From: Candidatus Latescibacterota bacterium
GTDB taxonomy: Bacteria; Latescibacterota; UBA2968; UBA8231
NCBI GenBank assembly: GCA_964291625.2
Contig: OZ220089.1
Location: 1 to 64,000 of the forward strand
Direction: 5' to 3'
DNA: 64,000 bases
Below the pieces are notes generated by a model. The model was not told the DNA's origin. It was given only the letters and a program-made list of their open reading frames with translations, and did no database searches. The translations under genes and the position numbers were made by a program. The number at the start of each line of letters is the position of its first letter. The first letter of the stretch is position 1. This document shows positions 27,525-36,143 of the stretch, piece after piece.

Positions 27525-29480
27525 ATGAGATCTCCGGCTCCCCTTCTGACCCGCCGTCCGCCGAGGGGTCCGGTCCTCCTGGCGGCCGCCGGCCTCTCCG
27601 CCCTCGCCTCCTGCGCCCCGGCACCTCCCCCGCCGCCGAACGTCCTCATCCTCCTCATGGACACCCTGAGGGCGGACCGCCTCGGCTGCTACGGCTACCC
27701 GAGGTCGACGAGCCCCGTCGTCGACAGCCTGGCCGCCGGGGGCACCCTGTTCACGCGCTGCTACGCCCCCTCCGACTACACGCAGGCCTCCACCGCCTCC
27801 CTGTTCACCGGGCAGTACCCCCTGGCCCACGGCTACGTGAACTCCCACTACGTCCTCGAAGAGGCGAAGGTCACCATGGCCGAGATCTTCGCCGAGGGCG
27901 GGTACCGGACGGCGGCCTTCATCGCCAACGGGCTCGCGGGCCGGAAGTACCGGATGGACCAGGGGTTCCAGGAGCACCTCGAGAGGAACAGGGCCTCGGC
28001 CCCGGAGCTGGCCGAGGCGGCCAGGGAGTTCATCGGCCGGCAGACCGAAGGCCGGCCCTTCCTCGCGTACATGCACTTCCTCGACGTCCACGACCCGCAC
28101 CGCCTTCCCCCCGCCTGGTTCGGCCGCTTCGCGGACCCGGAGGCCTTCGCCTTCGACATGCAGGACACGCTGCTTCTGGAGACGATGGTGATGCGCGCCT
28201 GGTGGTCGACGGCGCAGAAGTGGCGGGAGGATCCGGTGCGCGAGAGAGAGGTGACCCGCTACTTCGAGGATTACGCGGACCTGTACGATTCCTCCATCGC
28301 CTACTGGGACGAGGCGGTGGGGTCGATCCTGACAGCCCTGGCCGAGGAAGGACTCGACGGCAACACGGTGGTGGTGGTCACTTCCGATCACGGCGAGCAG
28401 CTGCTGGAGCACGGGTTCTTTGGCCACGCCAACTCCGGGTACGAGGTGGGCCTGCACGTCCCCCTCGTGATCTACGACCCCGCCGAGAGCGGCGGACGGC
28501 GAGTCTCCAGCCCCGTGAGCCTCATCGACGTGCTCCCCACCCTCCTGGAGCGTGCGGGGATGCCGGTGCCGGAGCATGTCCAGGGCCGGTCCCTGGGGAC
28601 CTTCTCCGGTGCCGGAAGCGGAAACGACCGTGGCGAACGACCCATCTACACGGAGGGCACCTTCTTCGCCAACCGGCCGGTGGGGACGCTGATTCAGACC
28701 TTCCGGGAGGGCCGGTGGAAGCTCGTCCTCGACCGGCTGCGGGACACCAAGGAGCTCTACGACCTGCGCGGCGACCCCGGGGAGATCTGCAACCTGCTGG
28801 ATACCGAGGCCGAGGTGGCCGCCCGGCTGTACCGGGGCCTGCTGCGGCAGTACAACGCGAACCTGGAGATCTTCGACGCGGGGCGCAGGCCGGCGGCCGC
28901 TCCGGGAGCCGACAAGCTCAGGGAGCTCCGGTCCCTTGGCTACGTCACCGCCCCGGGCCCGAGGCCTCGCCGGCTCCCTCCGCAGTTCTTCCCCATGGCC
29001 GGGTCGGCGGTGAGCCCCTTCGGCCCCTTCGGCGACGAGGAGGACCTGCACCGGTTCTCCGACCACCTGGACTTCACCCGGCCCGGGGGGGCGGTCCTCG
29101 GACAGATCGTGCGGGGCTGCAGCCAGGACCCGGCCCTGGCCGACGGGACCGGTCTCTGGTTCGACCGCCGGGCCACCTTCCTCCTGCGCAACGACGGCGC
29201 CAGGCGACGCGTGCTCTTCGAGATCGCCGTCGATCCGCGGGCCCCGTCGGCGCCCACGTCGGTCCAGATGGAGTTCGACGACGCGCCGGGGGAGGTCTTC
29301 CCCGTCGAGGGAAGCGGGGTGATTCGAGTGGAGGCCGCCCTGCCGGACTCCCTGCGGAAGGAGGGGTACTTCCACGCGGGGCTGCTCGCCGACAGCCGCT
29401 TCGTGCTGCTCGCAGGGCCGTCTCCTCGAACCCACCGCCACGCGGCGCTCAAGATCCGCGCCGTGCGGCTGCTGGAGTGA
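27525..29480 (+). CDS. Sulfatase-like hydrolase/transferase lipoprotein with C-terminal extension
   Basis: PNVLILLMDTLRAD, TQASTASLFTGQYP, HFLDVHDPH, TSDHGE, LYDLRGDPGE, LRSLGYV; LASC lipobox. Confidence 0.85.
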   Translation: MRSPAPLLTRRPPRGPVLLAAAGLSALASCAPAPPPPPNVLILLMDTLRADRLGCYGYPRSTSPVVDSLAAGGTLFTRCYAPSDYTQASTASLFTGQYPLAHGYVNSHYVLEEAKVTMAEIFAEGGYRTAAFIANGLAGRKYRMDQGFQEHLERNRASAPELAEAAREFIGRQTEGRPFLAYMHFLDVHDPHRLPPAWFGRFADPEAFAFDMQDTLLLETMVMRAWWSTAQKWREDPVREREVTRYFEDYADLYDSSIAYWDEAVGSILTALAEEGLDGNTVVVVTSDHGEQLLEHGFFGHANSGYEVGLHVPLVIYDPAESGGRRVSSPVSLIDVLPTLLERAGMPVPEHVQGRSLGTFSGAGSGNDRGERPIYTEGTFFANRPVGTLIQTFREGRWKLVLDRLRDTKELYDLRGDPGEICNLLDTEAEVAARLYRGLLRQYNANLEIFDAGRRPAAAPGADKLRELRSLGYVTAPGPRPRRLPPQFFPMAGSAVSPFGPFGDEEDLHRFSDHLDFTRPGGAVLGQIVRGCSQDPALADGTGLWFDRRATFLLRNDGARRRVLFEIAVDPRAPSAPTSVQMEFDDAPGEVFPVEGSGVIRVEAALPDSLRKEGYFHAGLLADSRFVLLAGPSPRTHRHAALKIRAVRLLE

Positions 29481-29486
29481 GCGGAC

Positions 29487-29885
29487 TCAGCGGATCCCGA
29501 AGGTCTCGACGCCGAGCGCCTTGAGCCGGTCGAGGAGGGAGATCACGTCCTGGTAGGGAACCACCCCCGCCGCCTGGAAGACGACCTTGCGGTCCCCGGT
29601 GTGATCGGTCGGAAAGAGCTCGGCCAGCAGGTCCGGCAGCTCCTCCTCGGCCACCTCGCGGCCGTCGACGAGGATCCGGCCTTCGGCGGTCAGGACGACG
29701 ACGGGATCCGGCTTCGCCCGCGCCGAGCCGACGCCGCCCGCCCGCGGAAGGGTCGCCGAGAGCGACTCCAGCAGGATCGGGGTGATCACCAGGAATCCCA
29801 GCAGCAGGCACAGGGAGACGTCGCCCATGGGTGTGACGTTGATGCTGGACTGCAGGCGCGGCTGCGCTCTCCGGCGGCGTCTCAC
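29487..29885 (-). CDS. exbD: ExbD/TolR family biopolymer transport protein
   Basis: INVTPMGDVSLCLLLGFLV TM with conserved Asp; VPYQDVISLLDRLKALG; GTG start overlaps the upstream stop. Confidence 0.85.
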   Translation of the reverse strand: MRRRRRAQPRLQSSINVTPMGDVSLCLLLGFLVITPILLESLSATLPRAGGVGSARAKPDPVVVLTAEGRILVDGREVAEEELPDLLAELFPTDHTGDRKVVFQAAGVVPYQDVISLLDRLKALGVETFGIR

Positions 29886-30310
29886 TCGCCTCTCCCGGCG
29901 AGCAGGTCCACCGAGGGAGCGCCGATCCCCTGGCAGATCTCCATCAGCTCGAGGATCTCCTGGTAGGGCAGGTTGCGCGCCCCTTTGATGATCACCGGGC
30001 CGCCCTCCTTCCCGCGGTAGGCCCTGGCCACCTCGGCCTTCACCGACCGGTCGTCCACGGGGATCAGGTTGACGTACATGGAGCCGTCGGCCCGGATCGA
30101 CAGGACCACCCGGTCCTCCGCGCTCTCCTCGAGGCGGTCGGCGTGCAGGGCCACGGGGGTCTCCACCTCGATCCCCTCGCGGAGGATAGGCATGACGATC
30201 ATGAAGATGACGAGCAGGACGAGGGCGACGTTGACGATGGGGGTGATGTCCGGCATCGGATCCAGCCGGGGGCGCCCGGCCCGGGTCCTCAGCCGCTCCC
30301 TGCGGGCCAC
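29882..30310 (-). CDS. exbD: ExbD/TolR family protein (TM Asp replaced by Asn)
   Basis: DITPIVNVALVLLVIFMIVMP; VIIKGARNLPYQEILELME. Confidence 0.85.
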   Translation of the reverse strand: MARRERLRTRAGRPRLDPMPDITPIVNVALVLLVIFMIVMPILREGIEVETPVALHADRLEESAEDRVVLSIRADGSMYVNLIPVDDRSVKAEVARAYRGKEGGPVIIKGARNLPYQEILELMEICQGIGAPSVDLLAGRGE

Positions 30311-30322
30311 GACCGCCTCTCG

Positions 30323-31012
30323 TCAGTCGGTCCCGGCGGGGGCGGGAAGGAGGGCGCGCCTGGCCGAGCGGTTCACGAGGCGGCTCGCCGCATTGTCCAG
30401 CTCGATGGTCATCACGTCGATCCGGTTCATGAAGAAGTTGTAGGCCCACAGGGCCGGGATCGCCACGAAGAGCCCGATCACCGTCGTCACCAGGGCCTCG
30501 GAGATGCCCCCCGAGACGGCGTCCAAGCCACCGGAACCGGTCTCGGCGATGCTGCGAAAGGCGGCGATCAGGCCGGTCACGGTGCCGAACAGGCCCAGGA
30601 AGGGGGCGACCCCGGAGATCGTCGCCATGCCAGTGAGGCGCTGCCGAAGGTTGATCACGGCCACGTCCAGGGCGCGGCCGACGCTCTCGTCCACGCCCTC
30701 CATGACGACGGCGTCCGACTGCCCCTCCGACCGCAGGATCTCGTACTCCTCCAGCCCGGCCGAGACCACCTCTGCCAGGGAGCACGAACCACCCTGCCCG
30801 TGTTCCCGGGCGCTCGCAAGCAGCCGGTCCAGGTCGGGCACCCCCTCTCCCGCCTCGGCGGCGAACTCGGCGGAGCGGCGCCGGGCGCGGCCCAGGGCGA
30901 CGGCGCGGTCGACCATGACGGCGTAGGAGTAGACCGACATGCCCCCGAGGACGAGGACGACGGCCTTGCCCGTAACCGCCATCGAAAACCACAGTCCGCT
31001 GATGATCTCCAT
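30323..31012 (-). CDS. exbB: MotA/TolQ/ExbB proton channel protein
   Basis: ATISGVAPFLGLFGTVTGLI...VSGGISEALVTTVIGLFVAIPA. Confidence 0.92.
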   Translation of the reverse strand: MEIISGLWFSMAVTGKAVVLVLGGMSVYSYAVMVDRAVALGRARRRSAEFAAEAGEGVPDLDRLLASAREHGQGGSCSLAEVVSAGLEEYEILRSEGQSDAVVMEGVDESVGRALDVAVINLRQRLTGMATISGVAPFLGLFGTVTGLIAAFRSIAETGSGGLDAVSGGISEALVTTVIGLFVAIPALWAYNFFMNRIDVMTIELDNAASRLVNRSARRALLPAPAGTD

Positions 31013-31088
31013 GATCCCTCCCTGCCGGGGGCCCGGCCCGCGGTAAAGAAGCGGTTCGAGATGACGGACTCCAAGGTGGAGCTGCCGC

Positions 31089-32240
31089 TCACCCCTCCCG
31101 CTTCTGCTGCGCCAGCTGCGCCATGTAGGCCTCGCGGCCCATGATCGTCTTCTTGTAGTGCCACCGCGTGCGCTGCGGGTACATCGTCAGCGAGCGGTCC
31201 TCCAGGGGCAGGGTGACGGGCACCTGCCCGCGGCGGTGGGACTCGCGCAGGGCGATGGCGATCTCGAGGGCGTGGCGCAGGTCGTCCCCCGTGGTGATTT
31301 CCAGCTCGCCGCCCTCCTCGAGGACGCGGATGAAGTCGTCGACGATGGCGCGCATGACGTCGCCGGGGTCGATCCAGCCTGACTCGTCGTATCCGCGGTC
31401 GGTGTTGAGCTCCTCCTCGAATCCGGCTTCCACCGGCTCCATGTCGGCGAGGCCGACCCTCTCACGCTCCTCCGGGGCCAGGCGCAACTGCAGGCCGAGT
31501 CCGGTGTTGTTGCGGTTCAGGATCATGCCGCGGGTGCCGATGACCTCGAGGCAGCTCGGGGACGTCTCCTCGACGCCGATGAAAGCCTCCACGCCGTTGG
31601 CGAAACGCACCCAGCCGCCGACGTTGCCGAAGCCGGTGGGGGCGCCGTCGTAGGGGTGCTCATGATCGCTGTGGGGGTCTTCGGAGGCGCGGCCGATCAC
31701 CTGCTCCACCGCCGCCCGGGCGGCGAACTTGCGGGTCAGGTTGAGGCCGTGGCAGCCGCCCTGGTTGTTGCTGCCGTAGAGGTTGATGCGGTGGACGCGG
31801 CCGAGGGTCCCGCCCGAGGCCAGGCCGTAGGCCCGGCGGTAGTCGGGATGGGAGGAGACCATCACCCCGGCCCCGAGGGGGATGCGGCGGCTGGCGCAGG
31901 CCGCCACCATGCGGTCGGCGTCGACGAGGGATGCGGTGAGGGGCTTCTCGCAGAAGATCGCCTTGACGCCGGCCTCGGCGGCGGCGACCACGGCGTCGGC
32001 GTTGGGCCGCACCGGCAGGATGGGCAGGACGATGTCGAGCCGCTCGTTGGCGAACATCTCGTCCCAGGTGGAGTAGGCGGCGGCCCCGAAGCGCCGCGAG
32101 GTCAGCTCCAGGTTCTCGGGGTCGGTGTCGGCCACGGCCACCACCGAGCACAGGGGGTGGGCATCGAAGGCGTGGGCCCTCGACGGGCCCGCGCGGCCGC
32201 CGCCGATGAGGGCGACTCGGTACTTGGGCTCCTTCGACAT
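31089..32240 (-). CDS. Gfo/Idh/MocA family oxidoreductase
   Basis: YRVALIGGG Rossmann start; AIFCEKP motif. Confidence 0.85.
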   Translation of the reverse strand: MSKEPKYRVALIGGGRAGPSRAHAFDAHPLCSVVAVADTDPENLELTSRRFGAAAYSTWDEMFANERLDIVLPILPVRPNADAVVAAAEAGVKAIFCEKPLTASLVDADRMVAACASRRIPLGAGVMVSSHPDYRRAYGLASGGTLGRVHRINLYGSNNQGGCHGLNLTRKFAARAAVEQVIGRASEDPHSDHEHPYDGAPTGFGNVGGWVRFANGVEAFIGVEETSPSCLEVIGTRGMILNRNNTGLGLQLRLAPEERERVGLADMEPVEAGFEEELNTDRGYDESGWIDPGDVMRAIVDDFIRVLEEGGELEITTGDDLRHALEIAIALRESHRRGQVPVTLPLEDRSLTMYPQRTRWHYKKTIMGREAYMAQLAQQKREG

Positions 32241-32374
32241 GGGTCAGGCTCCTTGGGCGGAGGGGTGGCGCGGTACCGGCGGTTCTCGCACAAGGTAGGG
32301 AGCCGGCCGGGGGCGGAGCCAGATGCGGCCCCCGCGCCTTGCGGCACGGCGCCGGCGCCCCCACCCTTGCCGCC

Positions 32375-33376
32375 ATGGTCCACCGCCTGCTGGCCGACCT
32401 GGTCGTCCTCCTCCACCTGGCCTTCATCCTCTTCGCCCTCCTCGGCGGGCTGGCGGCCATCCGGCGCCCTCGGATCGCCTGGCTCCACCTGCCGGCCCTC
32501 GGCTGGGCGGTGGCCGTGGAGGCCGCCGGCTGGATCTGCCCCCTGACGCCGCTGGAGCGGCACCTGCGCCTGGCCGCCGGCGACGCGGCCTACGCCGGCG
32601 GATTCGTCGAGCACTACCTCGTCCCCGTCCTCTACCCCGGGGGGCTGACGCGCACCGCCCAGGTGCTGCTGGCCATGGCCCTGCTGCTGTTCAACGCGGT
32701 CGTCTACGGAGCCGGCTGGCGGCGGCAGCGGAGGCCCGACGGCGGCCGGCCGGCGACCGAGGCCGGTCCTCCGGGCAAGGGCGGCGACAGCCGCCGCTCG
32801 GAGGCCGATCCCGTGTCGCCGGGGGGGATGTTCCTCGCCGCGGCGGGCGTGCAGGGCGCCCTGCTGCTGCTGGCCCTCGGCGCCGGCCCTCTCCTCGGGG
32901 CGCCGCCGCTGCGCGGCCTGCACCTCTCCCTGGCCGAGGTCGCCTGGGGGCTGGCGGCGGCCCTGCCCCCGGCGGTGGCCGTGGTCCTCGCCGTGCACCG
33001 GGGGATCCCCTGGGCCCGGCGGCTGGCGGAATCGGTGGAGGAGATCCTCGAGCCTCTGCTCCTCAACTCGCCGGCGCGCCTGGCCCTGGTGGCGGTCCTG
33101 GCCGGCCTCGGCGAAGAGGCCTTGTTCCGGGGCGTGCTGCAGTCCGCCTTCGCCGCTGCCGCGGGGCCCGGGGCCGGCCTGGCGGCGGCGGCCCTGCTCT
33201 TCGGCGCCGCCCACTTCGTGAGCCGCGCCTACGCCGCCCTCGCCACCCTCTTCGGCCTCTACCTCGGCGCCCTCTACCTGTGGTCCGGCAACCTGCTGGT
33301 GCCCGCCACGGTCCACGCCGCCTACGACTTCGTCCTGCTCCTCTACCTGCGGCGCAGGGTCCGTCTCAAGGCCTGA
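32375..33376 (+). CDS. DUF2784 membrane domain fused to a CPBP (CAAX/Abi) intramembrane protease
   Basis: MVHRLLADLVVLLHLAFILF...WICPLTPLE...YAGGFVEHYL (DUF2784), then a G/P linker, then GEEALFRG...FGAAHF...HAAYD (CPBP motifs). Confidence 0.75.
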   Translation: MVHRLLADLVVLLHLAFILFALLGGLAAIRRPRIAWLHLPALGWAVAVEAAGWICPLTPLERHLRLAAGDAAYAGGFVEHYLVPVLYPGGLTRTAQVLLAMALLLFNAVVYGAGWRRQRRPDGGRPATEAGPPGKGGDSRRSEADPVSPGGMFLAAAGVQGALLLLALGAGPLLGAPPLRGLHLSLAEVAWGLAAALPPAVAVVLAVHRGIPWARRLAESVEEILEPLLLNSPARLALVAVLAGLGEEALFRGVLQSAFAAAAGPGAGLAAAALLFGAAHFVSRAYAALATLFGLYLGALYLWSGNLLVPATVHAAYDFVLLLYLRRRVRLKA

Positions 33377-34199
33377 GGCCGGCCTCTTCCAGAAACGCGT
33401 CCAGGTCCCGCCAGAACCGGCCGAAGTCCGGGGGGGTGTCGCCGTGGCCGGAGTCGTAGCTGATCAGCCGGCCCCGCGGAGCCGCCCGCGCCAGACGCTC
33501 GCCGTGAGCGTGGGAGATGAGACCGTCCCGGGTGCCGTGCACCACGAGGACGGGGCCAGCAAAGGAACGCAGGACCGCGGCGTTGTCGTAGCGGTCGCGC
33601 ACGAGGAAGGCCGGCGCCAGGTAGCGGTGCGCCATGGAGGGCAGGTCGGCGAAGGCGGCCACCAGGACGAGGGCCTGCAGGGGTCTGCGGGCGGCCAGGG
33701 CGCAGACCGCGGCGCCTCCGAGGGACTGGCCGAGGGCGAGGACGCGGTCGCCGTCCACCTCGGGGCGCGAGACCAGGGAATCCCAGGCCGCGGTGAAGGT
33801 CTCGGTCACGCTCTCGAGGGACGGCGCCCCGTCCGAGGAGCCGTACCCGGGGTACTCCACCAGCAGGAGCCCGAAGCCGCGCTCGCGGAAGCCCAGGAAC
33901 CCCTCGGGCATGGTGTCGATCAGGTCGTTGTTGCCGTGGGCGAGGATCACCGCCGGCGCCGGTTTCGCGGGGCGGCTCTCCCGGGCCGGAGGCAGGTACC
34001 AGGCCTCGACCTGGCCGAAGCTGGTCTCGAGCCAGACCACCTCGCGGCCCTCGTGCGCCGGTTGCGGCCCCGGGCGCTCGCGCAGGTGGGTGCCGGGATA
34101 GACCATGGTCGACTGCGTCGCCCAGAGCAGCGCGAGGTAGCCGCCGTAGAGGCCGAGAATGGCGAGCAGGCTGAGCATGACGGTCCGGACCCCCGGCAT
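33366..34199 (-). CDS. Alpha/beta hydrolase (ABHD/BEM46-like)
   Basis: N-terminal TM; HGN, EYPGYG, GQSLGG, HGTRD, GH. Confidence 0.85.
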   Translation of the reverse strand: MPGVRTVMLSLLAILGLYGGYLALLWATQSTMVYPGTHLRERPGPQPAHEGREVVWLETSFGQVEAWYLPPARESRPAKPAPAVILAHGNNDLIDTMPEGFLGFRERGFGLLLVEYPGYGSSDGAPSLESVTETFTAAWDSLVSRPEVDGDRVLALGQSLGGAAVCALAARRPLQALVLVAAFADLPSMAHRYLAPAFLVRDRYDNAAVLRSFAGPVLVVHGTRDGLISHAHGERLARAAPRGRLISYDSGHGDTPPDFGRFWRDLDAFLEEAGLRP

Positions 34200-34248
34200 T
34201 CGCTCGACCCGGTTGCGGGCGCCGGCGGCGGCCCCCGGCCGCGCCGCC

Positions 34249-35415
34249 TCAGCGCCCGAAGATGATCCGCTCCTTCTCGAAGAGCCGCGCCGTGATCTCC
34301 ACGCAGAGGAGACCGAGGAGGGTCGAGGACAGGACCACCGCCAGGCAGGCCCCCACCCGGACCGGCTCCCCGCCGAGGACGTCGGTGAGCAGCACGTACT
34401 GGCCCAGGGCCGGGATGGCGAACATCCACCAGGCGTCTCCGAGGCTCCACAGGGAGGCGATGAAGTGGGGGACCATGGGCAGGAGGATCAGCACCGAGAG
34501 GTAGGTCTGGGCCTCCTTGTACGAACGGGCGAAGGTGGAGAAGGTCACCTGCAGCCCGGCGGCGAAGAGCGCCAGGGGCAGGGTTCCCAGCAGCAGCCAG
34601 GCGGCCTCGCGGCCGCCGATGTGAAGCTCCACGCCGAGCTGCTCCAGGGGCACCCGGCTCAGGGCGAAGAGCAGGCTCGCCAGGGTGAGCCCGACCCCCG
34701 CCCCCGAGAACGCCGAGGCCGCCAGCCACTTGCCCATGACCAGCGTCCGCCGCGGCACCGGGTTGACGAGGAGCGGCTCCAGGGATTGGCGCTCGCGCTC
34801 GCCGGCTGTGGCGTCGATGGCCAGGTTCATGCCTCCCATGAAGGCGGCGAGGATGACGAGCATGGGGATGAAGGTGAACCAGCTCGCCGCCCGCTGCCGG
34901 GGGCTGGCCACGTCGACGTCGTCGATGGTGACGGCGTGGCCCAGCCCGGGGCTGACGCCTCTGGCCATGAGGCGCAGGTTGCCCACGACCCGGCTGTAGC
35001 TTCTCACCAGGCCGCGGACCCGGCCCACGGCCTGGGACGCCTCCTTGCGCGAGCCGTCGTGAACGAGCTCGACGGCGGCGCGGCGGCCCTCGGCGAAGAC
35101 GGCGGCGAAGTCCTCGGGCACGACGAGAACGAAGTCCAGGTCCTGGGCGCGCACCGCCTCCTCCGGGTCGGCGGGACCGTCGACGACGGCGTATCCCCGG
35201 CGCCCGAACCAGTCCATCAGGTCGGGGGCGCGCTCGGCGCCGACCACCGGGATGTCGATGTCCAGGGACTCGCGGTCGCGCTCCATCATCGTGTGGAAGA
35301 TGATGGGCAGGAGGAAGGGCATGGTCATGGGGAAGATCAGGGTCGCCAGGACCGACCGCCGGTCGCGGATCCCGTCGACCAGCTCCTTGCGCAGAACCGC
35401 CGGCAGGACCCTCAC
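34249..35415 (-). CDS. natB: NatB-type ABC exporter permease
   Basis: KELVDGIRDRR; DATAGERERQSLEPLL; ARSYKEAQTYL. Confidence 0.8.
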   Translation of the reverse strand: MRVLPAVLRKELVDGIRDRRSVLATLIFPMTMPFLLPIIFHTMMERDRESLDIDIPVVGAERAPDLMDWFGRRGYAVVDGPADPEEAVRAQDLDFVLVVPEDFAAVFAEGRRAAVELVHDGSRKEASQAVGRVRGLVRSYSRVVGNLRLMARGVSPGLGHAVTIDDVDVASPRQRAASWFTFIPMLVILAAFMGGMNLAIDATAGERERQSLEPLLVNPVPRRTLVMGKWLAASAFSGAGVGLTLASLLFALSRVPLEQLGVELHIGGREAAWLLLGTLPLALFAAGLQVTFSTFARSYKEAQTYLSVLILLPMVPHFIASLWSLGDAWWMFAIPALGQYVLLTDVLGGEPVRVGACLAVVLSSTLLGLLCVEITARLFEKERIIFGR

Positions 35416-36143
35416 GGCTCCACCTCGTCGAGGCCGCTCAGGGCGACGAAGGCGTCCTCCAGGTTGGCGTGGCCGGTGCGGGCCCGCAGCTCGTCAGGCG
35501 TCCCCTCCGCGGCCACCCGGCCCTCGGCGAGGATGACGATGCGGTCGCACAAGGCCGCCACCTCCTGCATGATGTGGCTCGAGAACAGCACGCAGCGGCC
35601 ATCCTCGCGCATGCGGCGGATCAGGCCGCGCACCGCCCGCGTGCTGCCCACGTCGAGGCCGTTCGTGGGCTCGTCCATGAGCACCGTGCGGGGATCGTGG
35701 ACCAGCGCCCGCCCGAGGGAGACCTTGGTCCGCTCGCCGTGGGAGAACCCCTGGGCCCTGCGGCCGGCGATGGCGCCCATGTCGAGGAGCTCCACCAGCT
35801 CGTCGACGCGGCGGTCGAGGTCGGCGCCCGCCAGACCCCGGAGCCGTCCGAAGTAGCGCAGGTGCTCGCGGGCGGTGAGCCTCTGGTAGAGGCCGTGGGC
35901 GTCGGGCAGGACCCCCATCCGGGCGCGGGCGCCGGCGGGGTCGGCGGCGGCGTCGACGGCGTCCACGGCGATGCGCCCGCCGTCGGGCTGCATCAACCCG
36001 TAGAGCATGCGCAGGGTCGTCGTCTTGCCGGCGCCGTTGGGGCCCAGCAGCCCCGTCACCTCGCCGTCCCGCGCCGCGAAGGAGACGCCGTCCACCGCCG
36101 TGACCTCGCCGAAGCGCTTGCTCAGTCCCTCGACGGTGATCAC
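35412..36143 (-). CDS. natA: NatA-type ABC exporter ATPase
   Basis: Walker A GPNGAGKTT; FSHGE signature variant; MDEPTNGLD; FSSHIMQEV. Confidence 0.85.
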   Translation of the reverse strand: MITVEGLSKRFGEVTAVDGVSFAARDGEVTGLLGPNGAGKTTTLRMLYGLMQPDGGRIAVDAVDAAADPAGARARMGVLPDAHGLYQRLTAREHLRYFGRLRGLAGADLDRRVDELVELLDMGAIAGRRAQGFSHGERTKVSLGRALVHDPRTVLMDEPTNGLDVGSTRAVRGLIRRMREDGRCVLFSSHIMQEVAALCDRIVILAEGRVAAEGTPDELRARTGHANLEDAFVALSGLDEVEP

